A stretch of 64,000 bases of DNA from Pseudomonas phage HPP-Temi, in sequence record PP968062.1; one strand, written 5' to 3'. The notes beneath the pieces were generated by a model, which saw only the letters and a list, made by a program, of their open reading frames with translations, was not told the origin of the DNA and made no database searches. Positions 19,435-29,096 of this stretch are shown piece by piece (within the stretch, counting starts at the first letter, position 1; every line of letters starts with the position of its first letter). A program made the translations under genes and the position numbers.

Positions 19435-19439
19435 AGCAT

Positions 19440-20501
19440 TTGACTGATTTCAGTTACCCGAACCACATGCCGACCATAGGCATCTATAAAAATCGTCTGC
19501 ATGTACTGGGTGGTTTTGCAGGCAATCCAACGTTTACCAGTGAAGCCACTAAAACACACATGTCGTTTGCACTGGATGGCACTGATGCAAAAGTTCACCC
19601 TGACTTGTCCTTCGGTATTGGACGTGGACATATTCACGTATACGATGGTAAGATGTTCGTATTCCCCATTTACGACAAGTTCGATGGCGCTATAAGCGAG
19701 ACATTCATTGACGTAAATAACCATGACTTTGTTCATGTTTATACGGAAGATGTATCTGGTGTTGGTAGCTGGGTTGCCTTTCCGCCACCCTCGCCCGAGT
19801 TTAGACTGGCTATGGCCTCGGTTGGCATGTACCCAGATATAGCCACTGGTGAAATGCATTTCGTGATGACAAGTGGTCTCTCACCGATGGCGAATAAACT
19901 ACATTTCGCTAGAGTAGATAGTTTTAATAACAGGTGGGAAGCCAGGGATATACAGCCGATCGTGTACTCCAAAGGTGCTGCTCTCCACGTGCATGAAGAT
20001 ACGCTCTACTCTATTGGCGGAATACACTCGGATGGCATGCCAGCTTCGAAATACGTGAATCTCGTGAAGCTTAAACCACTGGCACCCATGATGCCCTTCG
20101 ATGACGTTCCAGTGCGTCGCGATACAAAGATGAGTGAGCTGGATTATAGTAACTCTGGTTATGCAATGTCTTGGAAAGATACAGTCTATTACGTTAATGG
20201 ACGTTTATTCCCTTCGGCAACAACCGATTGTATCTATCAGTACATCGAACTAGAAACCAGATGGGTTAGGATACCAATCGATCTTGGTCCAACTGGATAT
20301 CGACGAGAGCTGGCATCTGTAAGTCAAGGTAACGTTATCTATATTGTTCGATCCAAGGGTAATACCGACAACGAAGATAGGCCGATCACTCTACATCGAG
20401 TAACACTACTAGATCCAGATCAAGCACCGCTCTTACCCATTACTGGGGTAAACAAAGCTAACATCGTTAATAGACCATGGCGAGTGAGGTTATTTGCATG
20501 A
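19440..20501 (+). CDS. Kelch-like repeat protein
   Basis: 353 aa with LHVLGG and LYSIGG repeats. The track start is TTG; an ATG lies at about 19467. Confidence 0.55.
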   Translation: MTDFSYPNHMPTIGIYKNRLHVLGGFAGNPTFTSEATKTHMSFALDGTDAKVHPDLSFGIGRGHIHVYDGKMFVFPIYDKFDGAISETFIDVNNHDFVHVYTEDVSGVGSWVAFPPPSPEFRLAMASVGMYPDIATGEMHFVMTSGLSPMANKLHFARVDSFNNRWEARDIQPIVYSKGAALHVHEDTLYSIGGIHSDGMPASKYVNLVKLKPLAPMMPFDDVPVRRDTKMSELDYSNSGYAMSWKDTVYYVNGRLFPSATTDCIYQYIELETRWVRIPIDLGPTGYRRELASVSQGNVIYIVRSKGNTDNEDRPITLHRVTLLDPDQAPLLPITGVNKANIVNRPWRVRLFA

Positions 20502-20947
20502 GTATTCTACTAACATTCCAAAATGCAAATTCACCTATGGTGACCGATATAGAGATCTACAGGTCTGAGGAAGATATTCCAGATGTACCAGTGGATCTAC
20601 CTATGGTGACGCTACCTGGCGATACGAGTGAATATCTCGATCTGACTACACATCCAGATAAACTATACCACTACAGATTCCGTGTTGTTTATAGGGGTAC
20701 TAGCCGAAGTGCAATGAGTGAACAGTTTTCATATAGAGACGAGGGTAACCTCGGTCCCGGTGAGACGCACAAAATGTACGGCCATATCCGAAATATAGAG
20801 TATTACGGGTTAAGGAGTTATACCTCTCGGATATTTACATTGATGTTGGAACTGAGATCAATCCACCTGATTACACCTATGGAATGTCGAGTGCATTTGC
20901 ATTCAATGAAAATAAGATGCCTAAAGGTGAACCCTACTATCTTCTAG
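20498..20947 (+). CDS. FN3-like domain protein, paralogous to the N-terminus of 18547..19434
   Basis: ATGA overlap with the upstream stop and an SD gaggt. The N-terminal pattern IEIYRSEEDIP...LPGDTSEYLDLT...YHYRFRVV matches its paralog. The 3' end overlaps the next ORF in another frame. Confidence 0.55.
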   Translation: MSILLTFQNANSPMVTDIEIYRSEEDIPDVPVDLPMVTLPGDTSEYLDLTTHPDKLYHYRFRVVYRGTSRSAMSEQFSYRDEGNLGPGETHKMYGHIRNIEYYGLRSYTSRIFTLMLELRSIHLITPMECRVHLHSMKIRCLKVNPTIF

Positions 20948-21663
20948 CCGAGTTTAAGACCAGGGGACTGCAAACATCGTCGTACGTTGCCCGACAGATC
21001 GTTTCCTATTCTACTAAAGTAGATAAATACTTTAGAAACGGGGTTGAACGAGATTTATTGGGGGACTGGTATGAAGGATGTATTAGTGATACGATTACCT
21101 CTTATTGGTGGCCGAAAGTAGATGTTCTACAAAGACTATTGAATTCAGCTGGTCTTAGTGTACCTAATGCTAATGGTAATTGGCGAGTAGCATTCCACCG
21201 ATATAAAGCAATCATCGCGAATGATCTGTTGTACGGAACTACAGATGTTAAGTCGTTATACAGATCGGGAATGTTAGCCGCTGAAGGTACAATGGAAGAT
21301 ATCTTCACTCCAGATGAGATAGCTGCTTTTGGTGGACCAGTTGTACAAGGTACTAAGATCTACGATACAGGTAACAATGATAAATTACAGGTTCGTGTAC
21401 CAACATTCGAAGAATTGAGTGGTACTATTGCACGTCTGTATAATGCAAATCTTCCTGCATCTGGCGGTATCTGGTCACTCCGTGAACATTCTTCCAATAT
21501 CAATGATCTTTTCTTTACTGCACCGACTCTTAACCCAGCCGGGGAGAGATTCTGGGTAGCAGCGAATAGACAGGAAGGAACGGTTGAATTTAATCCAAAT
21601 CTCCCGAACCTGAAAGTACCACTCATCTTTGTACCGATCCAACAGTTTGAAGAAGAAGAATAA
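20884..21663 (+). CDS. hypothetical protein (possible continuation of the previous ORF by frameshift)
   Basis: 259 aa. Its reading frame is open from 20764 upstream of the ATG and overlaps 20498..20947 by 64 nt. Confidence 0.5.
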   Translation: MSSAFAFNENKMPKGEPYYLLAEFKTRGLQTSSYVARQIVSYSTKVDKYFRNGVERDLLGDWYEGCISDTITSYWWPKVDVLQRLLNSAGLSVPNANGNWRVAFHRYKAIIANDLLYGTTDVKSLYRSGMLAAEGTMEDIFTPDEIAAFGGPVVQGTKIYDTGNNDKLQVRVPTFEELSGTIARLYNANLPASGGIWSLREHSSNINDLFFTAPTLNPAGERFWVAANRQEGTVEFNPNLPNLKVPLIFVPIQQFEEEE

Positions 21664-21680
21664 AAAAAAATAAGGCATAA

Positions 21681-21708
21681 GCCCTCTCCCAAAGGAGAGG
21701 GCTATATG
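21681..21708. terminator. bidirectional terminator gccctctcccaaaggagagggc at the plus/minus block junction
   Basis: GC hairpin with an A-tract on one side (taaaaaaaaataagg) and TATATG on the other. Confidence 0.65.
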
Positions 21709-21711
21709 TCG

Positions 21712-22245
21712 TTACACCATTTCAATTACATCGTAGCAACGATGTTTACCTTGACCATTCCACCAGGCGAACTTACCAGAACGGTTGATGCGATAACCTT
21801 CGATCTCGGTCAACGGATTGACCGCCAGGTAAGTAGCGAACTGGGGATTGTCATTGTAGATTGGAAAACGATCAACAAGAAGCTTGGAGAATGGGAGGAT
21901 ATCCCGCATCGACTTATACAGCGGTGCAGTGATGACACGGTTGTATTCAGTCAGTATGCGATTGACCTCAATGAATGCAGGATCTTTTTCATCGATCAGC
22001 CATGGCGTTTCACCTTCATTTAGAAGGAGTTGTTCGCCGTAGATCGGTATTGCGATTTCATGGTCAGCTACGATAGCAAGACCACCTTCGTTACCAGTTA
22101 CTTCAGTGTGAACGATATCCCCGGTAGCATTACGTCTTTTAACCTGCCAGGTCATACCAAGAAGCTTTGCGGCATGGACCATACGTTCAACGAAAGTTTT
22201 GAAGGTGAAGAGTTCTTTTGCAATAGCGATTTCACGTTGGGACAT
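21712..22245 (-). CDS. hypothetical protein
   Basis: Start taken at an internal Met with an aaggaaa SD. The track ORF extends to 22296. Confidence 0.6.
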   Translation of the reverse strand: MSQREIAIAKELFTFKTFVERMVHAAKLLGMTWQVKRRNATGDIVHTEVTGNEGGLAIVADHEIAIPIYGEQLLLNEGETPWLIDEKDPAFIEVNRILTEYNRVITAPLYKSMRDILPFSKLLVDRFPIYNDNPQFATYLAVNPLTEIEGYRINRSGKFAWWNGQGKHRCYDVIEMV

Positions 22246-22258
22246 TTTCAATTTCCTT

Positions 22259-22387
22259 TTAAAAGAGTTGGATAATAGATACAACGACAACGACACTGAT
22301 GAACGACCACATCAATCCACGTTGTAGCTTATCTTTACGCATATCACGTTGACGACGTTTAAGCCGTTCTTCAGGGAGGCTACGCAT
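22259..22387 (-). CDS. possible 42-aa tail-anchored membrane peptide
   Basis: MRSLPEERLKRRQRDMRKDKLQRGLMWSFISVVVVSIIQLF, with its ATG 6 nt after the upstream stop. It is not in the track because it is under 60 aa. Confidence 0.3.
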   Translation of the reverse strand: MRSLPEERLKRRQRDMRKDKLQRGLMWSFISVVVVVSIIQLF

Positions 22388-22393
22388 TTGTAT

Positions 22394-23071
22394 TTACCTA
22401 TTTACGATTGGAACTGGTTGAGGTTTGTAGTTGACAGCTATCTTCCTTATCGCCTTACGAACGATCATCTGACGTACTCGATCACTCAGATTGATGTCGC
22501 GAGTGAGTACACCCGACTTAGCATTCCAATGATCGAAGCGACAACCCAGGATAGGGTAATGTGCTTGAGCCATTACCATGCATTCCAGTGGGTTGAATGC
22601 ATCACTAGCCGAAGTGAACACATTGTTCAGATGTTCTACCGCTTCACCACACCCGAAAATGATCGGCTTACGAGCAGGAGTGGAATAGTAGTTACTAAGG
22701 AACATGTCATGCGTCGATTGGAACACATGGAGAACATCGTCTTCATCAATGACAATGTATTCCGCATTGGGTGACAGTAGATGTTGGAAGTTCTTCGCCG
22801 TCTCGGCAATACTGTGGATATCATCACCGGTTTCCAAGAAGTTCAACCAGCAATGTCGATATTCGGTATCTCCCACCATAGTGAAGGCTTTTACTTTACG
22901 ACCCCAGACCTTTGCCTCCCAGTTACTCTCGGATGCAAGATAGATCTTGGAATGATCCAACTCAACGTAGTACGGTTTAGGTTTACCGTTCTCGTCCGTG
23001 ATATCGCTTTGGGTAATCGTAGTGACACGATCCACCAGCAAATCTTTACCATCCCAAACAACAAGCGTCAT
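22394..23071 (-). CDS. hypothetical protein
   Basis: 225-aa ORF. Confidence 0.65.
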   Translation of the reverse strand: MTLVVWDGKDLLVDRVTTITQSDITDENGKPKPYYVELDHSKIYLASESNWEAKVWGRKVKAFTMVGDTEYRHCWLNFLETGDDIHSIAETAKNFQHLLSPNAEYIVIDEDDVLHVFQSTHDMFLSNYYSTPARKPIIFGCGEAVEHLNNVFTSASDAFNPLECMVMAQAHYPILGCRFDHWNAKSGVLTRDINLSDRVRQMIVRKAIRKIAVNYKPQPVPIVNR

Positions 23072-23079
23072 ATTAAATT

Positions 23080-23497
23080 TTCCTGTTTTCAGTGCAAGAC
23101 GGAATAAAGCCCGCTCCTATTGGAGCGGGCTATTCGTTAGATCACCTCACTGGAAAGCCGGCCAGCTAGGTCGCCGAGGAGGTCAGCAACCAATCCAGTT
23201 AAGGTAACGCCACTCGGGGATACCCCTCTCAATCGGAGGTAGTAGCCGTCGTAACTTCAGATATAAAGACGGCCAAGTCAATATACCTGCTTCGGCTTGA
23301 TCCTTTGGCATGGATCGCTGTTAGTCTCTCCGAACTTATGCGGAGAGAGCCCACTTACACCGAAAGCTCGTGGGAATAAGGTGAGGTCACTGCGGCACCC
23401 TAATATGGCGACGGGGAGCCTTAGGGGAGATGATCCGGGTGACCTCTGTTCTGTTGGGACATTTGTCCTCGTATATCATTACATGCCAGGTATTCTT
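23080..23497. ncRNA. putative structured non-coding RNA or regulatory region of about 400 nt (strand undetermined)
   Basis: No credible ORF is present; the plus-strand ORF 23297..23980 overlaps a real minus-strand gene. The region is GC-rich with many nested and long-range complementarities (listed in the findings). Confidence 0.4.
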
Positions 23498-24028
23498 TTA
23501 CGTGAGCTTTACTTCCACGTTGACCGATTCGATTCCCAGGCTGTTACGTTTGGTCCGACCACGGGCCAGCAGATAACGAGACCAGGTTTCACCTTGGACA
23601 CGATCGAACTTGAAGAAAATGTGCTGAGTGATCATCTTGCTCAAATCAGCAATCTCTTTCGAGACCATATCGAAGAACAGGTTCTTGTCCATAACAGAAG
23701 CATCGTAATGCTTGAGCTGGACACGACAGTACTGGGAGTTTACCTCGTCGTAGAACTCGACCTCGGGTTCAGGTTCAAAATAATGGACCTTGTTACCCTT
23801 GAACTCGATACCATGAAGGATGACACCGATGTCGTCGTTATGGAAGAAGCGGTCTTTCACAGCACGGTTGTACTCAACAACCATTTTGTCCAGATGGATG
23901 CCACTTACCACTTCTTTGGTAGTGAAGAGGTAGCGACCATTGGGATCGACATACTGTTCACGTGCCCACAGGCAGCATAGACCGGTCGGAATGATTTCAG
24001 CGGGGATACGTAGATCACTGAGCTGCAT
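23498..24028 (-). CDS. hypothetical protein
   Basis: Start at internal Met 22 with an SD aaggaa. The track ORF runs to 24091. Confidence 0.6.
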   Translation of the reverse strand: MQLSDLRIPAEIIPTGLCCLWAREQYVDPNGRYLFTTKEVVSGIHLDKMVVEYNRAVKDRFFHNDDIGVILHGIEFKGNKVHYFEPEPEVEFYDEVNSQYCRVQLKHYDASVMDKNLFFDMVSKEIADLSKMITQHIFFKFDRVQGETWSRYLLARGRTKRNSLGIESVNVEVKLT

Positions 24029-24482
24029 CGAGTTGTTCCTTCTTTGCATGAATGGATTTGGTGATGATGACGCGTCGTTCTTTTGCTGCATCGGACATTA
24101 TCGTTATTTGTTCTTGCATCTGGGTGAACAACAATAGTTCCAGCATGGTGATCAACATGTGCTCTATCCAGAGACGAACACATATTTTGTTCATGGGGGC
24201 ATCATAACGAAGCGGTTGAACCACTTTAGCCAGAGCTCCGGTAAGAGGGCAGGTGAAGCAGATGTGCAGGTTCTCACTGTCACTATCTTCAGCCCAATGA
24301 ACATCTTCCCCTTCTCCGTGAACCATGTTGGTTACATGAACCACGGGTTGATGCTCAAAGGCTTCCGGACGAGGTGTAACACCTTTCTCAACACACTGGT
24401 CAAGATAGATGTCACGAATTACAGCGGAGAGTTCTGCCGCTTCGAGAGACGGCATAAAAGGAAATTTGAGTGTTACCGACAT
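24015..24482 (-). CDS. hypothetical protein
   Basis: Start at internal Met with an SD aggga. The track ORF runs to 24560. Confidence 0.55.
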   Translation of the reverse strand: MSVTLKFPFMPSLEAAELSAVIRDIYLDQCVEKGVTPRPEAFEHQPVVHVTNMVHGEGEDVHWAEDSDSENLHICFTCPLTGALAKVVQPLRYDAPMNKICVRLWIEHMLITMLELLLFTQMQEQITIMSDAAKERRVIITKSIHAKKEQLDAAQ

Positions 24483-24710
24483 TTGTAGGTCCCTATTGTG
24501 AAAGGCAAAATAAACCCCTCCCCCGATCAAGGGGAGGGAGCTCAAGGTTGGTGGTGACACGAGTCACAGGGATCAGCCGATTGCGGACCCTTAAAAGTGA
24601 TGGGACTCTAACCCATCGTGTCTAACGTTGGATTTAGCCCAACTTAACCAAATTGTAAAAGAGCTATCATAAAGGATCAGGAAACGCATATGATGGTGCG
24701 TAACCTTTAA

Positions 24711-25133
24711 CTAAACGATAACCTCGCGCGGAGGTGGTTCAACTTTAGTCCAATCCAAGGTTAGAGGAGTAGCGATCTCTTCCCTCATTTTGAACTCGAC
24801 GATGGTTCGTGGCCCGAAATGTTTAATTCCGAGTACATACCCTTCGATAATGATTTCGTACTGCCGACACAACTTACGAATGTAAAGTTCTATCTCGGTT
24901 TCAGTTCGAGGATCCTCAGGAGCAGGGCGATGCTGATGATCCCAGAATATGCAGAACTCTAGCTTTTGCCAGTTACTGAATTCCGGGTTGTAAGAAAACT
25001 GATGCAGGTGAGCTTGTTCATACTCTTCCCCCACGTAAAACAGCAAACTATCGGTGGGTTCCCTAGTCAACTCACTGAAGTCGACTTTTCGCCCACCACG
25101 GGTGAGATCAACGACAATGAGTTGAGAAGACAT
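24711..25133 (-). CDS. hypothetical protein
   Basis: 140-aa ORF. Confidence 0.6.
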   Translation of the reverse strand: MSSQLIVVDLTRGGRKVDFSELTREPTDSLLFYVGEEYEQAHLHQFSYNPEFSNWQKLEFCIFWDHQHRPAPEDPRTETEIELYIRKLCRQYEIIIEGYVLGIKHFGPRTIVEFKMREEIATPLTLDWTKVEPPPREVIV

Positions 25134-25834
25134 CAGGCGCTCCGTCTGTTATCGGTCAGAGAGCGAATCACTCGTCCGTCCACCTCGTTACGAGTTTTGT
25201 TACGGGTACGTTCAACCACACGAAAGACATTAACATGGTCAGCATCGACTTCATAGTTGGCGAACAGTTCACCGAAGTTGTTGGTCAGAGACTCAAGAAT
25301 CAGTTTCTTCGCATCTTCTTCGTTTATGTAGTGATACAGGATCACGCCACGATGATACAGGAACAGCGGGTAGTCCTGGCCGTTGATCTTAACTTCAGCG
25401 GCAAAGCCACCGTACGACATGGTGTCCGAGTTGATATCTTCACGGTACACATCCAGCTGCACATTGTTGATGGTGTGCATTTGAATCATGTCATTACCTC
25501 GACCACCAAAGAAGGTGGGACGCTTACGACCAGTAACCACATCTTGGATAGATTCCATCAGACGTGATACATCGGTGACGATCTCAATTACATCACACAA
25601 CTTGTTGATGGCTTCGAGGAAGCGAGCGTTCACTTCATCGATTTCGAAACGTGTCCACGGACGGGTTTCATGATTGAGGATGTTGATCCCGAACCATGCA
25701 TAACCGTTGTTATGTTTTACCTTAACGCACAGGTGAGGTACATCATCCAGGCCGGACTGATGGTTCAGCGTGTAATCACTGATGCGCTTCAGGACCAGTT
25801 GTACGAATGGGAGATTGATGATTTTGGTCGACAT
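25133..25834 (-). CDS. hypothetical protein
   Basis: 233-aa ORF. Confidence 0.6.
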   Translation of the reverse strand: MSTKIINLPFVQLVLKRISDYTLNHQSGLDDVPHLCVKVKHNNGYAWFGINILNHETRPWTRFEIDEVNARFLEAINKLCDVIEIVTDVSRLMESIQDVVTGRKRPTFFGGRGNDMIQMHTINNVQLDVYREDINSDTMSYGGFAAEVKINGQDYPLFLYHRGVILYHYINEEDAKKLILESLTNNFGELFANYEVDADHVNVFRVVERTRNKTRNEVDGRVIRSLTDNRRSA

Positions 25835-25912
25835 GAACCTATTCCTATTAATTCTTTAAAGTTGATAGAGGCAGTATAAGCACTCACTAGATTATACTAC
25901 CCCAGTACATTT

Positions 25913-26602
25913 TTAGTGGCGGGTGAAGCTTTGATTCAGACAACGACCTAAAGGGGAATCGATGGTGAAGTTCTCCATGATCTCAATAGCTTGATCGATG
26001 GATTTGAAGGTAGAGACTTCAGTGATAGTGAAGCCGCGGCATTTCAGGATATCATCGGCCTGTTCGGTTACGAAGTTCTGAAGGAGCTTGTTCGAACGGA
26101 AGTGATGCGAATGTTCGATTTTCCCGATGTAATACATGAACTTGGTGAGCACTTCATGTTCATTAGTATTGCTATTGCGGGACTTGGTCAGGAAGTAGTC
26201 GCAGGTCTTGTCATGACGGATCACGAACACACGCCCATTGGTTTCTTTCCTGGGTGCGGTGCGGTGCAACAGCTGATCGCGATGCTCCAGTTCTTCACGA
26301 AGTTGATCAACACAGATCTCAGGCTTGGTGCAGAACCACAGATCCAGTTGTTGGCCGTTCTTTACAGCTTCTTCGATCGCCACCGGCATGTTAGCCATGC
26401 TACCGGACCGATAGCGTTGCATCACAGCCGCGAAAGAGGGGGATTCGGAGAGCCATACGTCACCGGTGTCACGGGTCACCAGAGCATACCAGCCTTTCTT
26501 GGCTTTCGGGGGAGTGGTGGTGTTAGTGAAGTCAGCCATGTACTTCATGATCAGACGACGGGTGTTTTCGTAGGCACGGGATTTGGTTTCAATAGCGAAC
26601 AC
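25913..26602 (-). CDS. hypothetical protein
   Basis: 229-aa ORF. Confidence 0.6.
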   Translation of the reverse strand: MFAIETKSRAYENTRRLIMKYMADFTNTTTPPKAKKGWYALVTRDTGDVWLSESPSFAAVMQRYRSGSMANMPVAIEEAVKNGQQLDLWFCTKPEICVDQLREELEHRDQLLHRTAPRKETNGRVFVIRHDKTCDYFLTKSRNSNTNEHEVLTKFMYYIGKIEHSHHFRSNKLLQNFVTEQADDILKCRGFTITEVSTFKSIDQAIEIMENFTIDSPLGRCLNQSFTRH

Positions 26603-26679
26603 GTTGGTACTCCTTTTGGGTATTTGGATTTTCTATTTGATTAGGGAAAGCGGTGGGATTTCCCCACCGCCTTATGCCG

Positions 26680-28194
26680 TCAGACGATGTCTTTCGGGAT
26701 TGCTTTGATGAACTCAACCGCGTTATGGCGATGCTCCGCAAACAGAGCTTGCAGATCACAACCAGCGATCGGACGGAATACAACATCTTTTTGCACGGCC
26801 ATCTTCGGGAACATCAGTTCAATGTAATCACGAACTTCAGCATCCTCCAACAAACCAATTTCCCATTGATGGTCAACACGACCCTTACGGATCAATGCCG
26901 GATCGAGATGCTCGGGATGGTTAGTAGTCAGCAGGATCAAAGAGCCATCCAGTGGAACAACACCATCCAAAGCGTTCAACAAGCCAGACAGAGTCAGTCC
27001 ACCCATACGGGTATCTTCTTCACCACCGTTCACATGACGGTTGTGGAGTTCCCATAGACGCAGGAGCATTGGATCACCAGCAACGAACTCAGAGAGTGGC
27101 TCACCAGGAGCAGGTACAGCGTAACCAGCTTTTGTGGCATCACGATGCTGGCGAGCTTCTGTTGGATTGTACATCTGGTACCCAACGCGGAAGTCTTTAC
27201 CCATCATTTCCCACAGGCACATGACCTCCACTCCATCATCGATCACCTGATAGTTACCGAGTCCAAACTGAGTGATCAGGCTATCAAGTTCACTCACCTC
27301 ACCATCCGTCAGTTTCTTCAACGTACGGTTTTGTACTGCCTTGTTGGTATCGAAGTCCTCGATCATCAGGATGCTACCAGAAGGCATGGAGGTAACCGCT
27401 TTACGGAGGAGCTCATCGGAGATACTCGCCAGGGACAACCAATAGATGTTCTTATTGAATACCGAGGCGATAGCTTTACCGATAGAAGTCTTACCGGTAC
27501 CGGGCGGACCGGAAAGCATGACGCACATTTTGTACGGCATACCACGGGACTCATACCACTCCCGTCCAGCAAAGAACTCTTCGATCTTTCCGATGATCTC
27601 AGCTTTCTGTTCACGGTTCATGATCACAGTGTTCATAGCACGCTTAGTGATCGGGATGGAATCACCCCAGCGCATACCTTCCCACGGGATCACACAGACT
27701 TCTTTATCATCACCTCTAACACGGAACTCCTCCACCAGATCCAACAGCAGTTGAGTATTTCGAGTCAAGCCATGGATCTCAATCTGGAATTTCTCCAGAT
27801 GAGTACCAGAGCTGTCCAGCTTGGTACGATTGAACCAGAACAGACGACCCTTGTAGAAGAAGAGGTGGATACCGAAGCCAGCACCGATATCAGTGGTAGG
27901 TGAGGGACTACCATTCCATATCGAATTCATCGACAGCTTACGACTGAAGCGTGCGATGGGTTGTTGTTTGAACCAGGTCATGAAAGCGATGCACTGCTCT
28001 TCGTTCGGACCATGTCCACCGTTGTTCATAACCAGAGATGTGACTAACTGGCTCTTAACCACGACGAACAGCTTTTTAGGAAGACTGCGTGCCATCATGA
28101 GCAACCAGCCACCCAAACCAACACCAACCAAAGAAGCAAAGGTTGGGTTGATAGCCATGATTTCTTTATACCAGGTCATTACTTCCTGAATCAT
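26680..28194 (-). CDS. BCS1-like AAA+ ATPase with N-terminal membrane anchor and a roughly 90-aa insertion after Walker B
   Basis: N-terminal TM segment FASLVGVGLGGWLLMMA. Walker A MLSGPPGTGKTS, Walker B SILMIEDFD. The BCS1 hallmark LSGLLNALDGV...LLTTNHPEHLDPALIRKGRVDHQWEIG is present. Confidence 0.8.
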   Translation of the reverse strand: MIQEVMTWYKEIMAINPTFASLVGVGLGGWLLMMARSLPKKLFVVVKSQLVTSLVMNNGGHGPNEEQCIAFMTWFKQQPIARFSRKLSMNSIWNGSPSPTTDIGAGFGIHLFFYKGRLFWFNRTKLDSSGTHLEKFQIEIHGLTRNTQLLLDLVEEFRVRGDDKEVCVIPWEGMRWGDSIPITKRAMNTVIMNREQKAEIIGKIEEFFAGREWYESRGMPYKMCVMLSGPPGTGKTSIGKAIASVFNKNIYWLSLASISDELLRKAVTSMPSGSILMIEDFDTNKAVQNRTLKKLTDGEVSELDSLITQFGLGNYQVIDDGVEVMCLWEMMGKDFRVGYQMYNPTEARQHRDATKAGYAVPAPGEPLSEFVAGDPMLLRLWELHNRHVNGGEEDTRMGGLTLSGLLNALDGVVPLDGSLILLTTNHPEHLDPALIRKGRVDHQWEIGLLEDAEVRDYIELMFPKMAVQKDVVFRPIAGCDLQALFAEHRHNAVEFIKAIPKDIV

Positions 28195-29018
28195 TTCTTT
28201 TCCCTCACGTAGCTGAAGTTTCCACGCGTGTAGGTATTTTGGATCGGATGCTTTTCGATAATCTCATGGTTGGCCATCGAAAGCATGTTTTCAGTGAGTG
28301 CGGGAATATATTCCCCACCGATCATGTAACCGAGGTTCTTCCTTTCTTCATCGCCAATATGGCGTTGATACAAAGGTTGCTCATAGGTCACAATGAATAG
28401 ACCAGTACAACACTTGAAGATGATAAAGCATTGTCCGCGGAGGAACTTATATCTCCACTCCTGTTTTTTAATCTTCTCAATAGGGAACTGATATTCTTTA
28501 CTACCTTCACGGGAAATACGACGAATCTCACTTGCACATTTCTGTGCCCAGGATCCTTCACCGATGACATAAATGTCTTCGATCAAATCGTCATAACCGG
28601 GACGGAACTCGGCCTTTCTCCCACGGGCATTCTTGTAAATCTTGTACGAATGAACATCCGGACCAAACCAGAACGAATCAGTAAAATTTACAACATGGGG
28701 TGAACGATACACATTACGTGCAACCTTTACATCCACCTTCACGTCGCCGTTAAGGGTGAAGTCTTCGATATATGCCAGACGACGCATCAATTGATGATAC
28801 GGATAAAGTTTCTGTGTCTGTGTGCCCGGCAAATGAAAACGGAGAAGATGTGGTTCCACGTTATCGGAAATACGCATCCGATGATTCTTGGTGAGTTCAC
28901 TCAGATTGAATGACTTAATTTCCTCACGCGCAGCTCGCGCTACATATTTCGCATATTTATTTTCACCGTCATTAACGTAAATGTTCATGACAGCTGTGAC
29001 ACTTTCATTGAAGTTCAT
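28191..29018 (-). CDS. hypothetical protein translationally coupled to the BCS1-like ATPase
   Basis: 275 aa; the stop/start overlap is 4 nt. Confidence 0.6.
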   Translation of the reverse strand: MNFNESVTAVMNIYVNDGENKYAKYVARAAREEIKSFNLSELTKNHRMRISDNVEPHLLRFHLPGTQTQKLYPYHQLMRRLAYIEDFTLNGDVKVDVKVARNVYRSPHVVNFTDSFWFGPDVHSYKIYKNARGRKAEFRPGYDDLIEDIYVIGEGSWAQKCASEIRRISREGSKEYQFPIEKIKKQEWRYKFLRGQCFIIFKCCTGLFIVTYEQPLYQRHIGDEERKNLGYMIGGEYIPALTENMLSMANHEIIEKHPIQNTYTRGNFSYVREKK

Positions 29019-29096
29019 TGCATTTTCCTTTTGGTTTAGCTTAACGGCATAAAAGTAATATAGACCTCTAAACGGTTAGAATAGAGGTCTACCTTT

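Noticed and set aside
23297-23980. 227-aa plus-strand ORF across the structured intergenic region
   Set aside because: It overlaps the well-supported minus-strand gene 23498..24028 and runs through the GC-rich structured region. It is low-complexity and judged spurious.
24560-24710. tRNA-like anticodon stem-loops (GATGGG-ACTCTAA-CCCATC) in the intergenic region
   Set aside because: No acceptor, D-arm or T-arm could be assembled on either strand. It is probably just a hairpin.
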